A stretch of 64,000 nucleotides of DNA. It comes from Amoeboaphelidium protococcarum X5 (taxonomy: Eukaryota > Fungi > Aphelidiomycota). A model generated the notes under the pieces. It saw only the letters and a list, made by a program, of their open reading frames with translations, did no database searches and had not been told where the DNA came from. The position numbers and the translations under genes are program-made. The stretch spans positions 45,983 to 109,982 of the forward strand of contig JALDTO010000162.1 in NCBI GenBank assembly GCA_023515725.1. The letters are read 5' to 3'. Below, piece by piece: positions 1-15,831 of the stretch. The first letter of the stretch is position 1. Every line of letters starts with the position of its first letter.

Positions 1-276
1 TATCTTGATGCCGAGTCTATTATTTCGCTGCGACGTCAGTGTCCATCACTGAAACATTTGTTGACGAATCTGCCCAGTGTGGATCGAGAGGATGATGGTG
101 GCAAGCTGCAGGCACACAAAGCTTTATTTGATCAGAATCCACATGGCACTATAACTGAGCTGTGCTATATTCCGGATGCGATATAGGAAGGTCTCTATGT
201 TCTCAACCTTCAAATGATGCCACTTGAAATGGACGCGACAACTTCGCGGCCTCTTCTCTTCCCCGTCTTATCCTGA
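1..276 (+). CDS. Cyclase / kynurenine formamidase-like family protein, C-terminal part (5' end outside window)
   Basis: Frame 1 reads ...HLLTNLPSVDREDDGGKLQAHKALF...TITELCYIPDAI(TAG=Q)EGLYVLNLQMMPLEMDATTSRPLLFPVLS-TGA, matching the C-terminus of bacterial-type cyclase family proteins. Confidence 0.7.
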
Positions 277-331
277 TCTTTATCGTTATCGATGAAAATT
301 GATAGTGAATCTCAAACAAAATAAATATATT

Positions 332-934
332 ATGGCTAATGTAATTGAATTGAGATTATTAGATCAGCGGATATCATTCGATATCAGTGGTAGCAATTTA
401 TCTGATATATAGCATCACGTACAGAATGCATTTTAATCTGATTGTTTTCGACTGACAACGTTGGGTGGTGCACTAATTTCTTCTAATAATGATCTGCAAA
501 ACTATGACACTATATGTGTTAGATTGAATGTGCTTGGAGGTAAAGGTGGATTCAAGAATTAGCTTAGAAGTATGGCTAATAAAATGGATCGTCGAAGGAC
601 AGATAATAATGAGGAATGTCGTGATTTGAGCGGTACAAAATTGAAAGTTGAACGTTAGGCTGAGAAATTGGCAGACTTTTAGTTGAAATCTGTGCAGAAT
701 AGTAGCTATAGTAGTAAGAGCAGAAATGAGGACAGGATGAAGAAGTTGGAAAAGAAGATTTCGTAAAAGACTAGGGCCATACCAGACGCATAGCCAGTGG
801 AAATAGGCGAAGAGTTGTTTGAGTCTAAAGACTTTGTTGTTCAGAACACGCGACGAATGGTCGTCAAGTCTCTCCTCCTGCGGAAGAATGACAGAAAGTC
901 TCCGAACAATAATGACGATGACTCTACAAAGTGA
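332..934 (+). CDS. SDE2: Sde2 splicing / replication-stress factor (ubiquitin-fold N-terminus)
   Basis: 200 aa with TAR=Q; VRLNVLGG-KGGFKNQLRSM...NNEECRDLSG matches the Sde2 GG|KGGF cleavage site and CRDLSG motif; ends TGA. Confidence 0.85.
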
Positions 935-1075
935 CGTGTATATTGTTTTAAAATTGCTTCCATTTGTTCGTCATATATATCCTTTCTTCTCTTCACTTGC
1001 TTACTTCTGCCAACTTTTACTACTCTATAATCAAATTACGATAATTACTAGACTCTTTGACGCGTGTCTTTCAGT

Positions 1076-1407
1076 ATGACTTTTAAAATAAATGCATGTG
1101 TGCAGGTTACTCCTATGGGAAAGGAGCAGAAATCGGTAAGCTTAAGCATATAAATGGCGTAATTCAATGATAAGTCGTGATAATCAATCACTTGTCTGCG
1201 TAGTTGAAGAAGGAAATTGAAATGTGTCGTTAAACATTTGAAACAAGCGGTTTGAAGCCGCAGACGAATCAGGTGGCGACCACGTTGGAATTGGAGTCAC
1301 CAAAGCAGTTGACGTCTCCTCTTAATGAGATACTGCTGAACCTGAAGAAGGATGGCTGGTAGAGTGCTTCAGTGGCCATTCTGATGGAGTCTGAATTCAG
1401 TGAGTGA
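1076..1407 (+). CDS. Small protein, possibly MTH1187/Ecm15 thiamine-binding-like; one intron (1136-1203)
   Basis: Spliced product MTFKINACVQVTPMGKEQKSLKKEIEMCRQTFETSGLKPQTNQVATTLE...; GTAAG...CGTAG intron; the family resemblance is weak. Confidence 0.45.
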
Positions 1408-1780
1408 GTTCGAGCTGAATCTCGTGGCATAATGTAAAGTCTTCTCGCGGTCATGTTGAATTGCAACGACTCTAATCTATGAGCATTGTTAAATAAATTA
1501 TTATTCTACTGTTTTTTTTTATTAGAGCTTCTTCATTACAGCAGCGAGGCGAAATATTCACCTTTGTCGATATCCCAGCGAACGTGTTATGTAGAAGAGT
1601 TTGATAGCGAACGAGACTGTGTTACAACAATGCTCTAACGCACATCTCTAATAATGCAACGACAAAACTTGAGAGCTTAAACGATATGCATGAAAAACGC
1701 CAATTGAATAAGTAAATAAACAGTATAAATATATAATTATTTATATTGAAATGAAGTTCGTAGATACTATCACACCTTAA

Positions 1781-2846
1781 TCAGCGGATGATGCGCAAGT
1801 CTCTGACACGATCAGGCGCGTACTCATCCTTGTACTTATCGAAAATCTCCTATAGAGCATCAACGTACTTTCCATGATATTCAGCGATCAACTCTGGGGA
1901 AGGATTCTCGGTTTTGGGGACACTTATTGGTTTTCCAACAACAGTGATGATTGGGCGACGGCGTGGTAAGAAGCCAAAATCGTACTGGAAGAATCCTCGT
2001 CCATAAGGAATACATGGAGCTATACTTACATATTTCAGGAACCACTGTTGCCACTTACGCAGAACAGTACCATCAGAATTGGCAACTTGGTTAAAAATGT
2101 CATTCTCGCCGAAACTTAGCACCGGCACCAGATCGCAACCATTAGACAACGCCACCTTTATGAAACCACGACGCTTATTCAATGTCAAGTCAATGGTACC
2201 TGGATGCGCATCCAAAGCCTCTCTTGCACCACCAGGAACCAATATAATAGAATTGCCTTTAGCTACACTTATGTTGTCATGTAATAAAATAATAAATATG
2301 TTGAATCAATTAAGAAGGCATCAAAGAAATACCTTTCTTCAGGATGTAGTCGCAACTCTTGCGCGACACGGAGCATATACCAGACGCGAGTAGAAACTCT
2401 CTCCAGATGGGGAAGCGAAAGTTGGCATTCAAAGTTAGAGCATGTATTTTAATGCCGGGGAATACTTTGGAAATGTTATTTGCTTCAGTGCAAAAGTTAA
2501 TCCAGAGACCAGTAGCAATTATGCCATGAGGATGGTAACCAAATATGTAATTTCTCTCAGGATCAAGATCAGCTTCTTTAACCAGTCTGCACGGGAAGTA
2601 GTTGCGCATCTACAACCAGAACTTGCTCTTACGGACCCAGTCCAATCTTCTGCCGCCATGCTCGGGAGCGGAATCAAAGTAAACGTATATAGCGTACGCA
2701 ATCAGCACCGGATAAGTCACAGGAGTTAGCAGGCAGAATATGGTGACCGCGAGATTAATAAAGAACAGAGACGCTGTAATAGCCACCGATAAAGTTTCTA
2801 TTCTTCTATGGAATGGCACGTTCAGCGGAGCGAAACTTATCGACAT
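1781..2846 (-). CDS. DGA1: Diacylglycerol O-acyltransferase 2 (DGAT2/Dga1); one intron (~2263-2332)
   Basis: FAPLNVPFHRR, YFP, YHPHG, VPGGAREAL, RRGF and PVLSFGEND motifs; ends LRIIR-TGA. Confidence 0.93.
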
Positions 2847-4387
2847 TATACTTCTAGAGTGAGGATTGGTGATGTGGGCGTAGTGTGATTACGGAATTGT
2901 CGGAGCAGCAGATTGGGTAGTAACAACAACGGAAAAATTCGCGAGTTATGCGGAGAGTATTAAGCCGCAGATTTAAAATTCACACGCGATCGATTGAAAG
3001 AGAATGGAAGATGCTATTAGAGACTTTACATTACAATTATTTTATATTTTCATTCTTAAAATGTTGCATCAATTCATTGGCAGTCATTATGTGTGAACGT
3101 TTCAAATGCGCATTTTTGATACCAAGCCATCCACTTGAGCACTTGAGGTAGAGAGTGTTACTTAGCGAACTGTGATAATACGGCAACTGATCAGTTTCAA
3201 AAACGTGTGGACATAGTAACCTCAACTATTTATCCGATTCTTCAGGAGATAAAATCTCATTTACATAGACATCCGTGTAGAATAGTTAGGTGTGTATAGT
3301 AAACTAGTGTCCAATTGCCAAATGTCTCCTGTATATACTTGCCGCAGACATCTTCAAAGGATCAATGAACGCGAGCGCACTCTTGATTTTGGGAGCCTTG
3401 GAGGTTCTATTAGAAATGTCACCCAGATTTATGGAATCTTGAGATAAAGCACTTTCAGAATATTAAGAGAAATTGTGAATGACAGATACCAGGTCGGAAG
3501 CACCGATAGCTGCAAATTAGCGATGCAGATCTCCATATGAAATGTACTAAGGCATTTTTACACGCGTCTACTTGTACACTTTACCAACGTCAAACTGATA
3601 AGGATGAAGCGATATTATAGATACACCGCCAACTTTATCGCCATTCAAAATCTGGCATTGCAACGGAGCAGCTCCTCGATATCTACATTATTAAAGGTGG
3701 TAAATAAGATTAAGCCTTTCTTCTAAACAATCATCATACTTTGGTAATAAGGATGGATGTACATTTAATGAGCCCTATCTAAATCGCTATATCAAATCTG
3801 CAGATAGTTTATGACCAAAGGACACTACAACGCCAAAATCAAACTTCTATTAACCAAAACTGACATCGACAGCTTTATGATCAACGCGATCAGCGATTGG
3901 TTAATGGAGCGTCAACTGATGCGCAAGAGCAAATCGTTCCAAAGGCACTTGAGGAACTAAACTATCATAATTTATACTCTAAATACACTTGGCTTTCAAA
4001 AATTACCTAAAGATTAATCAATTGACGCGTATTACCTTGATGGAGTAACAACTTCTATTCTATCAATCACACTATCAGTTCTCTCTACATGATTTGTTAA
4101 TGGGATAGCTCATATCAAATTGTTCGCTTAAAACGATAAGCTTACATCTATATCGCAGAAGGGCTTTGAGTGACGTGACTGAAAAGTCACAGCTCCCAAA
4201 GAATAACACAGACTATTTGGCCTACTTACTGATTGTTGTCATAGCCTCCAATTTCATTCCCTTTGATATTAAGTAATGGTCAGAAAGTGAAGGTGAAAAA
4301 TTGCAGCGACAGCAAAGCTGGGCTATATAACGCGATAATTGAAGCAATCAATACGAAAGAGACAATGAATATCAACTGTACTGCTTA

Positions 4388-4819
4388 TCACTTGTACCAT
4401 ACATCGTCCTTACTCCTCATATGGATCGGAACTTCATAATCAGGAGCATCGGGGATAGTCTTCTTATAACCAAAGTTCTTGTACATGCACTGATTGAGCA
4501 TCTTCTCCTGATCTCTGCACTTCCAGTAATAGTTGTTGTTCTACTGTAGACATTTCCAGTGCGAATCAAAAGACTCTTTGCATTTATCATCAGTCTTCTG
4601 CACAAGATCTCTGACGCATCTACTCACACGGCGACCTTCTAATGCACACATTGCCGGATCACCATTATCTCGCTTGCACAGCATGTAGTCATCATTGTAA
4701 TCCTTGCAGTGTTCATTAATGAAATAGGCGATACTAACCAGAGGAGTCTATGTAGTCTCCAGCTCTTTAAAAGACTCTGGAGTAGGATTTTTGTAATCAG
4801 GAGAATACGAACTTGTCAT
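4388..4819 (-). CDS. NDUFA8: NADH:ubiquinone oxidoreductase subunit NDUFA8 (CX9C protein)
   Basis: TPLVSIAYFINEHCKDYNDDYMLCK...CALEGRRVSRC...CKESFDSHWKCL(QQ)NN..CRDQEKMLNQC; four CX9C motifs. Confidence 0.9.
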
Positions 4820-5014
4820 TCTAATTTTTGTAGCACTTTAATTATAAGTAGATCCAGTGTGAAGATTAGTGAGAGAACGACTGTTGATTGAACGCCAGTA
4901 AAAACACGTCGCGTCCGCCATTTGTTCTTTCGCGATAAGTTTCTCTCAATTCGTTCCTTGAAAAAGATTTGCTTTATTCTTCTAGTGAATTATCAGTGCA
5001 GAACGAGATATAAA

Positions 5015-5461
5015 ATGGCAGATTCTAATGACAGAATAGTTGATGATAAACGGGTAGTGATTTTAAAATCTAATGATGGATAATTGTTTGAGTTGGAACG
5101 AGACGTGGCCATGGGTTCAGGCACTCTGCGGGGCATGCTGGAGTCTTCACGTAATTTTTTAAATTATCGTTCTCAAGTGTCGATATTTTGATCAATCTCT
5201 CTTCTGGTCTGTGTGTAGAGGATGATTCCAACGACTCATCTGAACCAGTTTTATTACCTTCATTGAAGTAATATCCATCCACCGTCATGGTATAAAAAGT
5301 ATTTATTATCAATTTGTAGTGGAGCAATACTTGCCAAAGTTATCGACTATTTGAGATACAAGGCTCAGTATTCCAACTCAAAGTCTCAGATACCAGAATT
5401 TGACATTGATCCTGCAATCGCTCTCGATCTGTTGATGGCTGCAGACTACCTTGATTGTTGA
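5015..5461 (+). CDS. ELC1: Elongin C; two introns
   Basis: VILKSNDG(TAA=Q)LFELER..AMGSGTLRGML...ILAKVIDYLRYK...IPEFDIDPAIALDLLMAADYLDC-TGA. Confidence 0.92.
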
Positions 5462-5537
5462 TAGATCTGATGTATGAAATATGTGTATTGATTAAGAATA
5501 AGAGATTTCACAAATTTACAAATACACACACACACTC

Positions 5538-5555
5538 TCTCTCTCTCTCTCTCTC
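5538..5555. repeat. (CT)n microsatellite preceded by a short (CA)n, upstream of the fumarate reductase gene
   Basis: Directly visible acacacacac-tctctctctc run. Confidence 0.9.
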
Positions 5556-5831
5556 TTTGTGCTATTGTATCTGCGGTGATACTTTGCTGTGAGTGTTCTT
5601 CTTTCGTCGCAGGAAGCACCTTTTACAGAGGAAACGACGATTATTTCTCGGCCCGTTGTTGTTTCAGCCAACTTTCTGCAGTTTTCCCACGACGAACGTT
5701 CGAACGCTCGACCGGCAGGCGACAAACAACAACAAAACTTTGTCGAACTAAGCCTTCATTCCGCGCGATTTCTTGGACGTATTAAGAAAATCTTTAACAA
5801 TAAAACATTCTGAATTTATATTGAAAATATC

Positions 5832-7715
<1,884 letters not shown>

Positions 7716-7836
7716 TTTGGTGGTGTGATTTGTATTTTTACTATCTGAAATGAACGAGATGTTAGTTGCACACCATTGTAATTAATGAAATATCTTATCT
7801 GAATATAGCAGTCTATGTGCATACTTTTTCACTTCA

Positions 7837-8880
7837 TCATTATCTTACAGTTAGTCTATAATCTTGGACAATACTATTTGTACCAACAATAAAAACGTAC
7901 ACTCCGCCCAATACGTGCCACATTGGATGAGTGACAGCGACGCCCTTTCGATCGAGGATAAAACAGATCACGGCCGATATTCCAATTAGATCTATTACCC
8001 AATTCGTCAACGGAATTTACGCGTTAAATCTAGTACCCAGCATGAGGAACGGTGTAATAACAGAGATAGTTTTGGTGGCCAGCATAGCAGTTGATTTATC
8101 CCATCTGTAGATGAACAAGAGTAGAAGCGCCAAGAATCCGGGCATTGTCAATGCTAATTACATCAAATCAAAATCTGAGCATAACTATCCACAAAGTTGA
8201 GATATCCATTCAGTATCTAATGATTATTATTATTATTATAAATAGAAATACCTTGCGTGAACCTTCCATACAGAGCACGCGAGAAGATACGCCATAACTG
8301 TAGCAAAACCGGCATCGAGAGAACTGTATATCTTGCATAGACATTGGTGATACTTGGTGGACATTACTGCTGTGAACACACTGAAACATAGGCAGAGATG
8401 AGTAAAGAAAGTGAATTCAACTTACTGAGGATTAGATGTTATTATCTTCCAAGTATCTTGGACCATGATCAAAGATGAAGTATTCAATGGATATATGTAT
8501 AGTACCGCTGGCAGAGCAAATGCCGGACTTGTGACTGTGCACCAAAATTCAGCTACGTGTTTGCTCATTGCATACTTTGGTTCCATAGTGACCACATTGG
8601 CTTTTCTAAACATGCGCTAAAACACCGTAGCATGATTATGATGGTGCTTGATGACATCCTTTTTGTCATGATTCTTCTATTGCTTATCGTTATCATAATG
8701 TACATCTGTTGAAAAATCTTCTTCATCATCATTCACTTGCTGACGAAAGTCAACATGTAGATCATTATCTTAACTCGATTTGAGTGGCTTCCGTTGTTTC
8801 AACTGAGATGGTGGAGTGTCCAAGAATTTAAACCAAACTTGCAACACTTCAATCGGAGTACTGATAGATAATCTAGACAT
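7837..8880 (-). CDS. Alkaline ceramidase-like (CREST superfamily) membrane hydrolase; one intron
   Basis: EPKYAMSKHVAEFWCTVTS (cf. ExNY..S..IAEFWNT), S-x3-H and C-terminal HPMWHVLGG; ends with tandem TGA TGA. Confidence 0.75.
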
Positions 8881-9280
8881 TCTTTGCTAATTTAAGCTGC
8901 TACTATACTACTTCAACTTATTATGCTTACATGATATTGTAAAATCAAAAGTTCGAATTTGTGGAATGTTAATCACCAGCCACAATACGTCGTCGCCATA
9001 GAGATGATACACGCGGTTAATATACGATCATAGTAAAGACGCGCTCAAAGTCGAAATACTAAAAGTGAAGCATTATCTGCATAGCATTATATTTTTATTT
9101 ATTCTTTTGTTTATCATTATCATTTCATCGCGTCGCATACGCATTATGTCATTATTTTTTAACGTCAATCATCAGTCAATCATTCAGCCGCGCCATGGAC
9201 ACCAATTCAATCCAACCATAAGTCAATCAATCAATCAAGATAGATAGATAAATCGGCAATATTCTTTCAACATATCAACT

Positions 9281-11566
9281 TCATTCAGAACTCTTATTCC
9301 CTTGCTACTACTGTTTCTAATGATGAAGAATCTAATTTGCTTAGTTTACGCGCTAATCCATGAAGGACGGATCTGACTTGGTTTGTAAGTCTTCCAGACG
9401 CAGTTCTTCATCCATTTCAGACACCATCTGCAATGGACTAGAGTAAGAATACGTCTGTGAACCACCTCTTGAGCCGGAACCAAAGTTGTTGCCACTGCCA
9501 ATACTGAAATTGCTGTTATTACTGCTATTAATACTACCACTACCATTGTTACTAACCAAAGGACTGTAACCATTACTACTAAACGCTGAACCAAACAAAG
9601 CACTAGAATAACCATTAAAAGACTTACTACTGGAAGACAACAAACTAGGAGCATTCTTGACACTACTTTAACTTAGATTCTGCATTTAAGACTGACGCTG
9701 CTATTGCGGCTATTACTGATGTTGCTACTACTACTATTGAGATTGCTGTTACTAATGAGGCGCCGCGTTGGCGTTACCACCAGTAGATGATGCACCCATA
9801 CTGTTAGTAATCACAGGGGAATCAGCTACCAGAGCAGGCGACCATTTGCTCTTCATAAACGCGCCGGCAGAACTTCCATAACCACCTCCATTAGAGACAC
9901 CACTTTGACTTGCAGCGGATAGATTGAAGTTTGGAGTACCAGCAGAGTTGGTCAATGAATCAGACAAGCCATTCATATTCCAAGTAGAGTCGTACATTCC
10001 GGACTGCGTAACCATAGCAGGAGGTGGCAACTAAGGAGTGGCGGCAGACTGATGATATTGCATCTAGTTCATTTCCCACGGCTTTGGCTTCTTACAATTC
10101 TTGCTACTGTGCCCATTCTGGTTACAGTTATAGCAGAACAGCTGGTCTCTCGGGCAATCCTTATGCAAATGACCAGAATCACCACAGCCATAGCAATACC
10201 TTGTCGGCTGAGGTGGTGTGGACATGTGCGGAGTACCACCCTGGGACTGCATCAAATATCTATATGATGGATCATATCCACCACTGATAGTCTGCCTATG
10301 TACGCGTTCATGATGCACAGGATACTGATGCTGATACATCTACTGCTGCATCATTTGCTACTGCTACGGGTATTGGTGGTGAGTATACATCGCACCGGAG
10401 ACGTATTACTGCTAGCTCATAGGAGGTGTTGGAATTTGATAAGTACTCAGACTGTAAGCCTTCTTTCTACCACCAGCACCACCGCTATTGCGCACTGCAG
10501 AACCATCATAACCACCAGACTGTGCAGTAGCAGATTTAGAATCCATAGCAGGACTCTACAAATGATTCAACATCATTGATGGAGGCAGATGAACACGCAC
10601 AGTACCGATATCATAATTACGCAACATAGCATAATGACCACTCAGCATGAGACCCTTCTCAGTGTTCTAACCAGCAGGAGCAAACGCGCCAGGTGCAATT
10701 TGATTAATAGCAGATGCAGCCACATTAAAAGCATCATCATTATGCACCAAAGTCTTACTGAAAGTCACTGAAAAGAAGGACTCTCCAGGTGCGTAATCAT
10801 CCTGAACGAATATCATCTCATACTACTTGATATCGCTCTTCTCCACAGCCAGAATCTTGCCAGTAGCATTAATAGTCTTTCTAACCTCCTGAATGCCCTT
10901 GAAAGTTATTACAATCCTGGACTTGATCACCTTATAAACTCTTCTACTACCATCAGCCAGAGTCTGAGACTACTACTAGGATGGATCTGACTGAGCTAAA
11001 TTTTAAGAATTAGAGATATCAGATGCAGACGTATCACTCTGATTAGAAGCGTCGGAGTTTGATCTAGCCACCTTGATGGTATCACGAAGAGCTGTGTGAA
11101 GACTATTTGATGCATTAACTGTCGCGTCTGCCACATTGACTTACGGAGAGTCTTTATCACCAACACCAGCGGCAGCAGATGCATTACTTTATAGAGTGCT
11201 TACTGATTTCCCACCTTTATTATTATCATTATAATTCTAACGATCCTTCTAATCTCTACTGATAACTGACGAGTAAGTGACCTGTGATGGAGCCGGCGCC
11301 GCGTTTAACGCATGATTCGGAGGCGTCAGAGGAGCATTAGCAGACTATTAAACTGATTTATCTTCCACTCCTCCACCAACAGATGATGTCAAATCGGCAC
11401 TATCAGCAGATCCAGATCCATTGTTACTATCAGTCTTCTCATCCAAAAGATCACAAATAGATGATACATTGAGCAGTGTTATCATGAAATCACCATTGAT
11501 CTGTGGATTCAGCATACTTTTGAATGTGCCAGGCAGCATCACACCATTATTTCCATTCTAGTTCAT
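9281..11566 (-). CDS. Low-complexity (S/N/Q/G-rich) protein with two CCHC zinc knuckles
   Basis: 761-aa frame open except for TAR; CYGCGDSGHLHKDC and CYNCNQNGHSSKNC. Confidence 0.75.
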
Positions 11567-12411
11567 TATTATAGTGATAGATTCCAGATCAGTGATAACG
11601 TGTTGATATATTGTATATAGGTGTGTCTATTTGTAAAGGTATCTATCAGGAATATATGTATATTGCAGGAGTAAAGCACGGAATTAACAACGCGTCTCGG
11701 GATCAAGTGAGAGAGTGAGATTTGTTGTTGTAGATGACGAGTGTTGTTCTTCGGTAGGCTAAGCTTGACGATGAGAATAATTGTCACGGCGCAAGACTTG
11801 CTTACTGTCTGTCTGTCTATCTGTCTGTGAGTGAACGAGTGTATAGATTGAATGAGAACAAAATACGACTGCGCCACAACGCCCGGCTGACTTTAACGAG
11901 CGACCGGTTTCAAATTCACGTTTTGTTTCATAACGACGCTTGATTGGGTCAGATCGCGCGGTCCTGTTCACGCATTACCTCTCCACGTTATAGCCACGTC
12001 ATACACTGATTGTTGATTAATCGAGATGCATTCCGTCTTGATAATGTATATGTATATCGTCACCTCTCATACCATGGTGATTGTATTTAATTGTACTCTA
12101 GGTATGGACGCTTAGTATGCGGATATAAACCGTAAGAAGCGATTACGCAGATGCTCTTTGAAGAAATGAACGCGTTCTAAAGCTTAGTATTTATGACGTC
12201 TTTTTATAGGTTCTAATGACTCGAATGCAACGTTGTTTATATCGCAGTATTATTCAAACGAATACTCTGATCTTTAATATTCAAGTACAATTCAACAGTC
12301 TTCGTTTTTACTGAAAGCAGAGTAGAGAGTATTTCAAGTAAGCAATCACCGAGTAATTGAGTGTACAGAGAAGTTTTCACGCGAGGAATCACTCACTCTT
12401 TCCGCGCGCAT

Positions 12412-12442
<31 letters not shown>

Positions 12443-12470
12443 TTCTCTCTCTCTCTCTGTCGTTCTCTGA
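12412..12470. repeat. (CT)n tract in the divergent promoter / 5' UTR of SEC27
   Basis: Directly visible CT dinucleotide runs. Confidence 0.9.
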
Positions 12471-12630
12471 CTTGTGGTCCCCCTTCAGCAGTCTCTCGCT
12501 CTTATTCTTCTTGCTCGATTTCTCTCTTGTTTCTTCGCCAGTGGTTCAGTTCAGTAACATTATCCCGTATTACAACACTTTTAACTTGAAAGTAAAGTCA
12601 AGAACCTAGCTTATCTTTTGACAGTAGTAA

Positions 12631-15600
12631 ATGCAGCTGTAAATTAAAAAGACTCTCTCTAATCGCTCGGATAGAGTTAAATGTGTGGACTTTCATCCCT
12701 CTGAGCCGTGGCTTCTGGTCAGCTTGTACAATGGTCAGTGTCACATCTGGAACTATGAACTGTAGACTCTGCTCAAGACATTTGAGGTGTGCGACCAACC
12801 TAGTCGCTGTGGTAAGTTTATTGCAAGAAAGAGCTGGTTTGTCGTAGGTTCCGATGATATGAATCTGCGAGTGTTCAACTACAACACTCATGAGAAGGTG
12901 GCTGCTTTTGAAGCTCATTCTGACTACATCCGGTCCGTTGCCGTCCATCCTAACTAGCCGCTTCTGCTTAGTAGTGCTGATGACATGGTTATTAAAATGT
13001 GGAATTGGGATTAAAAGTTCAAGTGTGTCATGACTTTTGAAGGCCACTCGCATTATGTAATGAGCGTCTGCTTTAACCCAAAGGACTCTAACACTTTTGC
13101 GTCCGCCTCACTGGATAAGACCATAAAGGTGTGGAATCTTGCTAGTCCTCACCCAAATTATACTTTGGAAGGACACGAAAAGGGAGTCAATTGGGTAGAT
13201 TACTATAATGGCGGTGAGAAGCCGTATCTTATCTCTGCTGCCGATGATAAGACGGTCAAGATTTGGGACTATTAGACAAAGACGTGTATTACCACGCTGG
13301 AAGGTCACACTTAGAACGTTTGTGCTGCGTGCTTTCATCCGGACCTGCCTGTTATATTGTCCGGATCTGAAGATGGAACTGTCCGTGTCTGGCATGCTAC
13401 AACTTATCGCTTGTAGAATACTCTCAACTATGGATTTGAGCGTGTGTGGTCTATTGCTTATCACAAAGGCAGTAATGCCGTGGCCATAGGATATGATGAA
13501 GGTTCTGTAGTGATTAATCTCGGCCGTGAAGATCCGTCAGTGTCCATGGACAATAGTGGCAAGATTGTCTACTCAAAGTAGAATGAGATTATGATGGCGC
13601 ACTTGCAAGGAGCAGATCTTGGCACTGTCAAGGATGGAGAGCGTGTGAGTGTGGCCGTTAAGGATCTGGGTAATAGCGAAGTTTATCCGCAGACATTGCA
13701 GCACTCTCCCAATGGAAGATTTGCTGTCGTGTGTGGAGATGGTGAGTTTATCATCTACACCGCCCTGTCTTGGAGAAATAAGAGTTTTGGTAGTGCTCTG
13801 GAGTTTGTATGGAGCAGTGATAGTAACGAGTATGCTTGCAAAGAGTCTGGCACTAAGATCAAGTTGTTTAAAGCTTTCAAGGAACGCTTGGTGCTTTCCA
13901 CTCCATTCAATGCCGACTCCATCTATGGTGGGATGTTGTTGGGCGTTAAAGGCGGTTCCTTTATGTGTTTCTATGACTGGTCTACTGGCTCCATGGTAAG
14001 ACGTATCGATGTTGTGCCCACTAATGTGTACTGGTCAGAGAATGGAGAGTTTGTGTGCATCAGCTGTGCCGATTCTTATTATATACTCAAGTACAGGTCT
14101 GATGTGGTGGCCAGTATGGTTGCTGATGGCAATGTTCCTCAGGATGGCATTGAAGAGGCTTTTGACGTGGTGGCTGAGACTGCAGAGGTTGTCAAAAATG
14201 GCTGTTGGGCCGGTGATTGTTTCATCTATACTACTGCCAGTAATAAGTTGAATTACTTTGTTGGAGGCTAGGTGAATAGTGTTGCTCACTTTGACAAGAA
14301 TATGCATCTGTTGGGATATCTGGCTAAAGAGAGCCGTATTGTGGTTTGTGATAAGGATGTTAACATCTTCACGTACAGCTTATCTCTGACTCTTTTGGAG
14401 TATCAGATTGCTGTACTTCGCAAGGATTTTGCGACTGCTTAGAAGCTACTTATTAATCTAACAAATGAACAGAGAAATAAGATTGCCAGATTCTTGGAGG
14501 GGTTGGGTATGAAGTAATTGGCAATGGAAGTCACTACGGATGTTGAGCATTAGTTTGAATTGTCTCTGCAGCTGTAGTTGTTGGATTAGGCGTACTAGAT
14601 TGCACGTGCAATCAATCAAGACATCAAATGGAAACAAGTTGGCGATTTTGCTCTATAATAGTGGAATATCAAAGTCGCTGAGGAATGCTTCTCCAATGCT
14701 AAGGATTATTCGAGTCTATTTTTGATTTATAATTCTTTGGGTGAGGTTGAGAAGATGAAGACGTTGGCTGGTTAGATTGGCTCGGGATCTTTGTAGAATA
14801 CGTCTAATTTGGCCTTCCTGAGCTGTTTCCTTTCCAGTAACTTTGAATAGTGCCTTGAATTGCTTAATTAAGCTGAGAGATATCCAGAAGCTGCTTTATT
14901 CGCGCGCACTTACTAGTAAGACGGTGTAACAGAGCTTTATGATTAATGGGTGAAGCAGTTGCGCCGTGACGGAATGAAAAAGGTGGCTGATGCTCTGTAA
15001 CTGCCTAAAGGTCTTGCTCAGAGTAATGGTCATCATAAACAACCATCTACGCAATAGCCAAAATAGCTACAATAGTAATAGTAGTGGTAGTAGCAAGCGT
15101 CGCCGATATCTGTGTCTCCAAAGAGACAGGATTCTCCATTGAAATAGAAGCCGTCACAGCCAACTACAGTCGCTCCAGTTGAACCTCAATAGCCAAAGTT
15201 TGATGAAAATCTGGTCCCTGTTGTTGATACTCCATCCCCTGTTAAATAAGAATAGGATCAGTTTAGGGTGCAGTAACCACAGGTATAGCCACAGCCAATG
15301 ATGGGCCGTACGTCATCAGTGAGTCCTTAGTTGTAGTAGAAGATGTCCTCTCCATCATCATCATCATCACCTGGACAGTAGTAGAAGTCTCAGCAATAGT
15401 CTAGTCCTGTAGTCTCCTAGCAAAAAGATACAAGATCGCCAAAGTTAGACTTTACTAATTAGCCGCAACAATTTGTTGATTAGAACGCTTATCAGAGCTA
15501 GTTCAAATAGCCGCCAGTGTAATAACCACCAGTGATGGAATTTAATCAATAGCCTGGTGGCAATCAATCACCTGAGAATGACTTGTTCGTTGATGCAGTC

Positions 15601-15831
15601 ATGCCAGTCTAGTCGAATTCTCCTTAGAAGCAATAGCAGTTCCAGGATTATAATTATGATAACAATAATGTTGTTAATGCTGCACAAGAACCTTAAGCAT
15701 CTCTGCTTGATGATGATTTGGATGCTGTGCTGGCTGAGGGTGCCGGCAATATTGATCTGAATGAGTTCTCCGCCGCCAACGAGCCACATTCAACTGGGGA
15801 TGCGGAACTGGACGAGTTTCTGAATATGTGA
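12631..15831 (+). CDS. SEC27: Coatomer subunit beta' (WD40 + Coatomer_WDAD) with long Q/P/S-rich C-terminal tail
   Basis: [44 protein letters not shown](TAG=Q)TK, HSPNGRF; 1066 aa ending TGA. Confidence 0.96.

Noticed and set aside
2948-4380. Possible gene in the 1.4-kb gap between DGA1 and NDUFA8
   Set aside because: The composition looks coding-like, but TGA interrupts all plus-strand frames and I found no recognisable motif. The minus strand was not fully resolved, so it is left unassigned.
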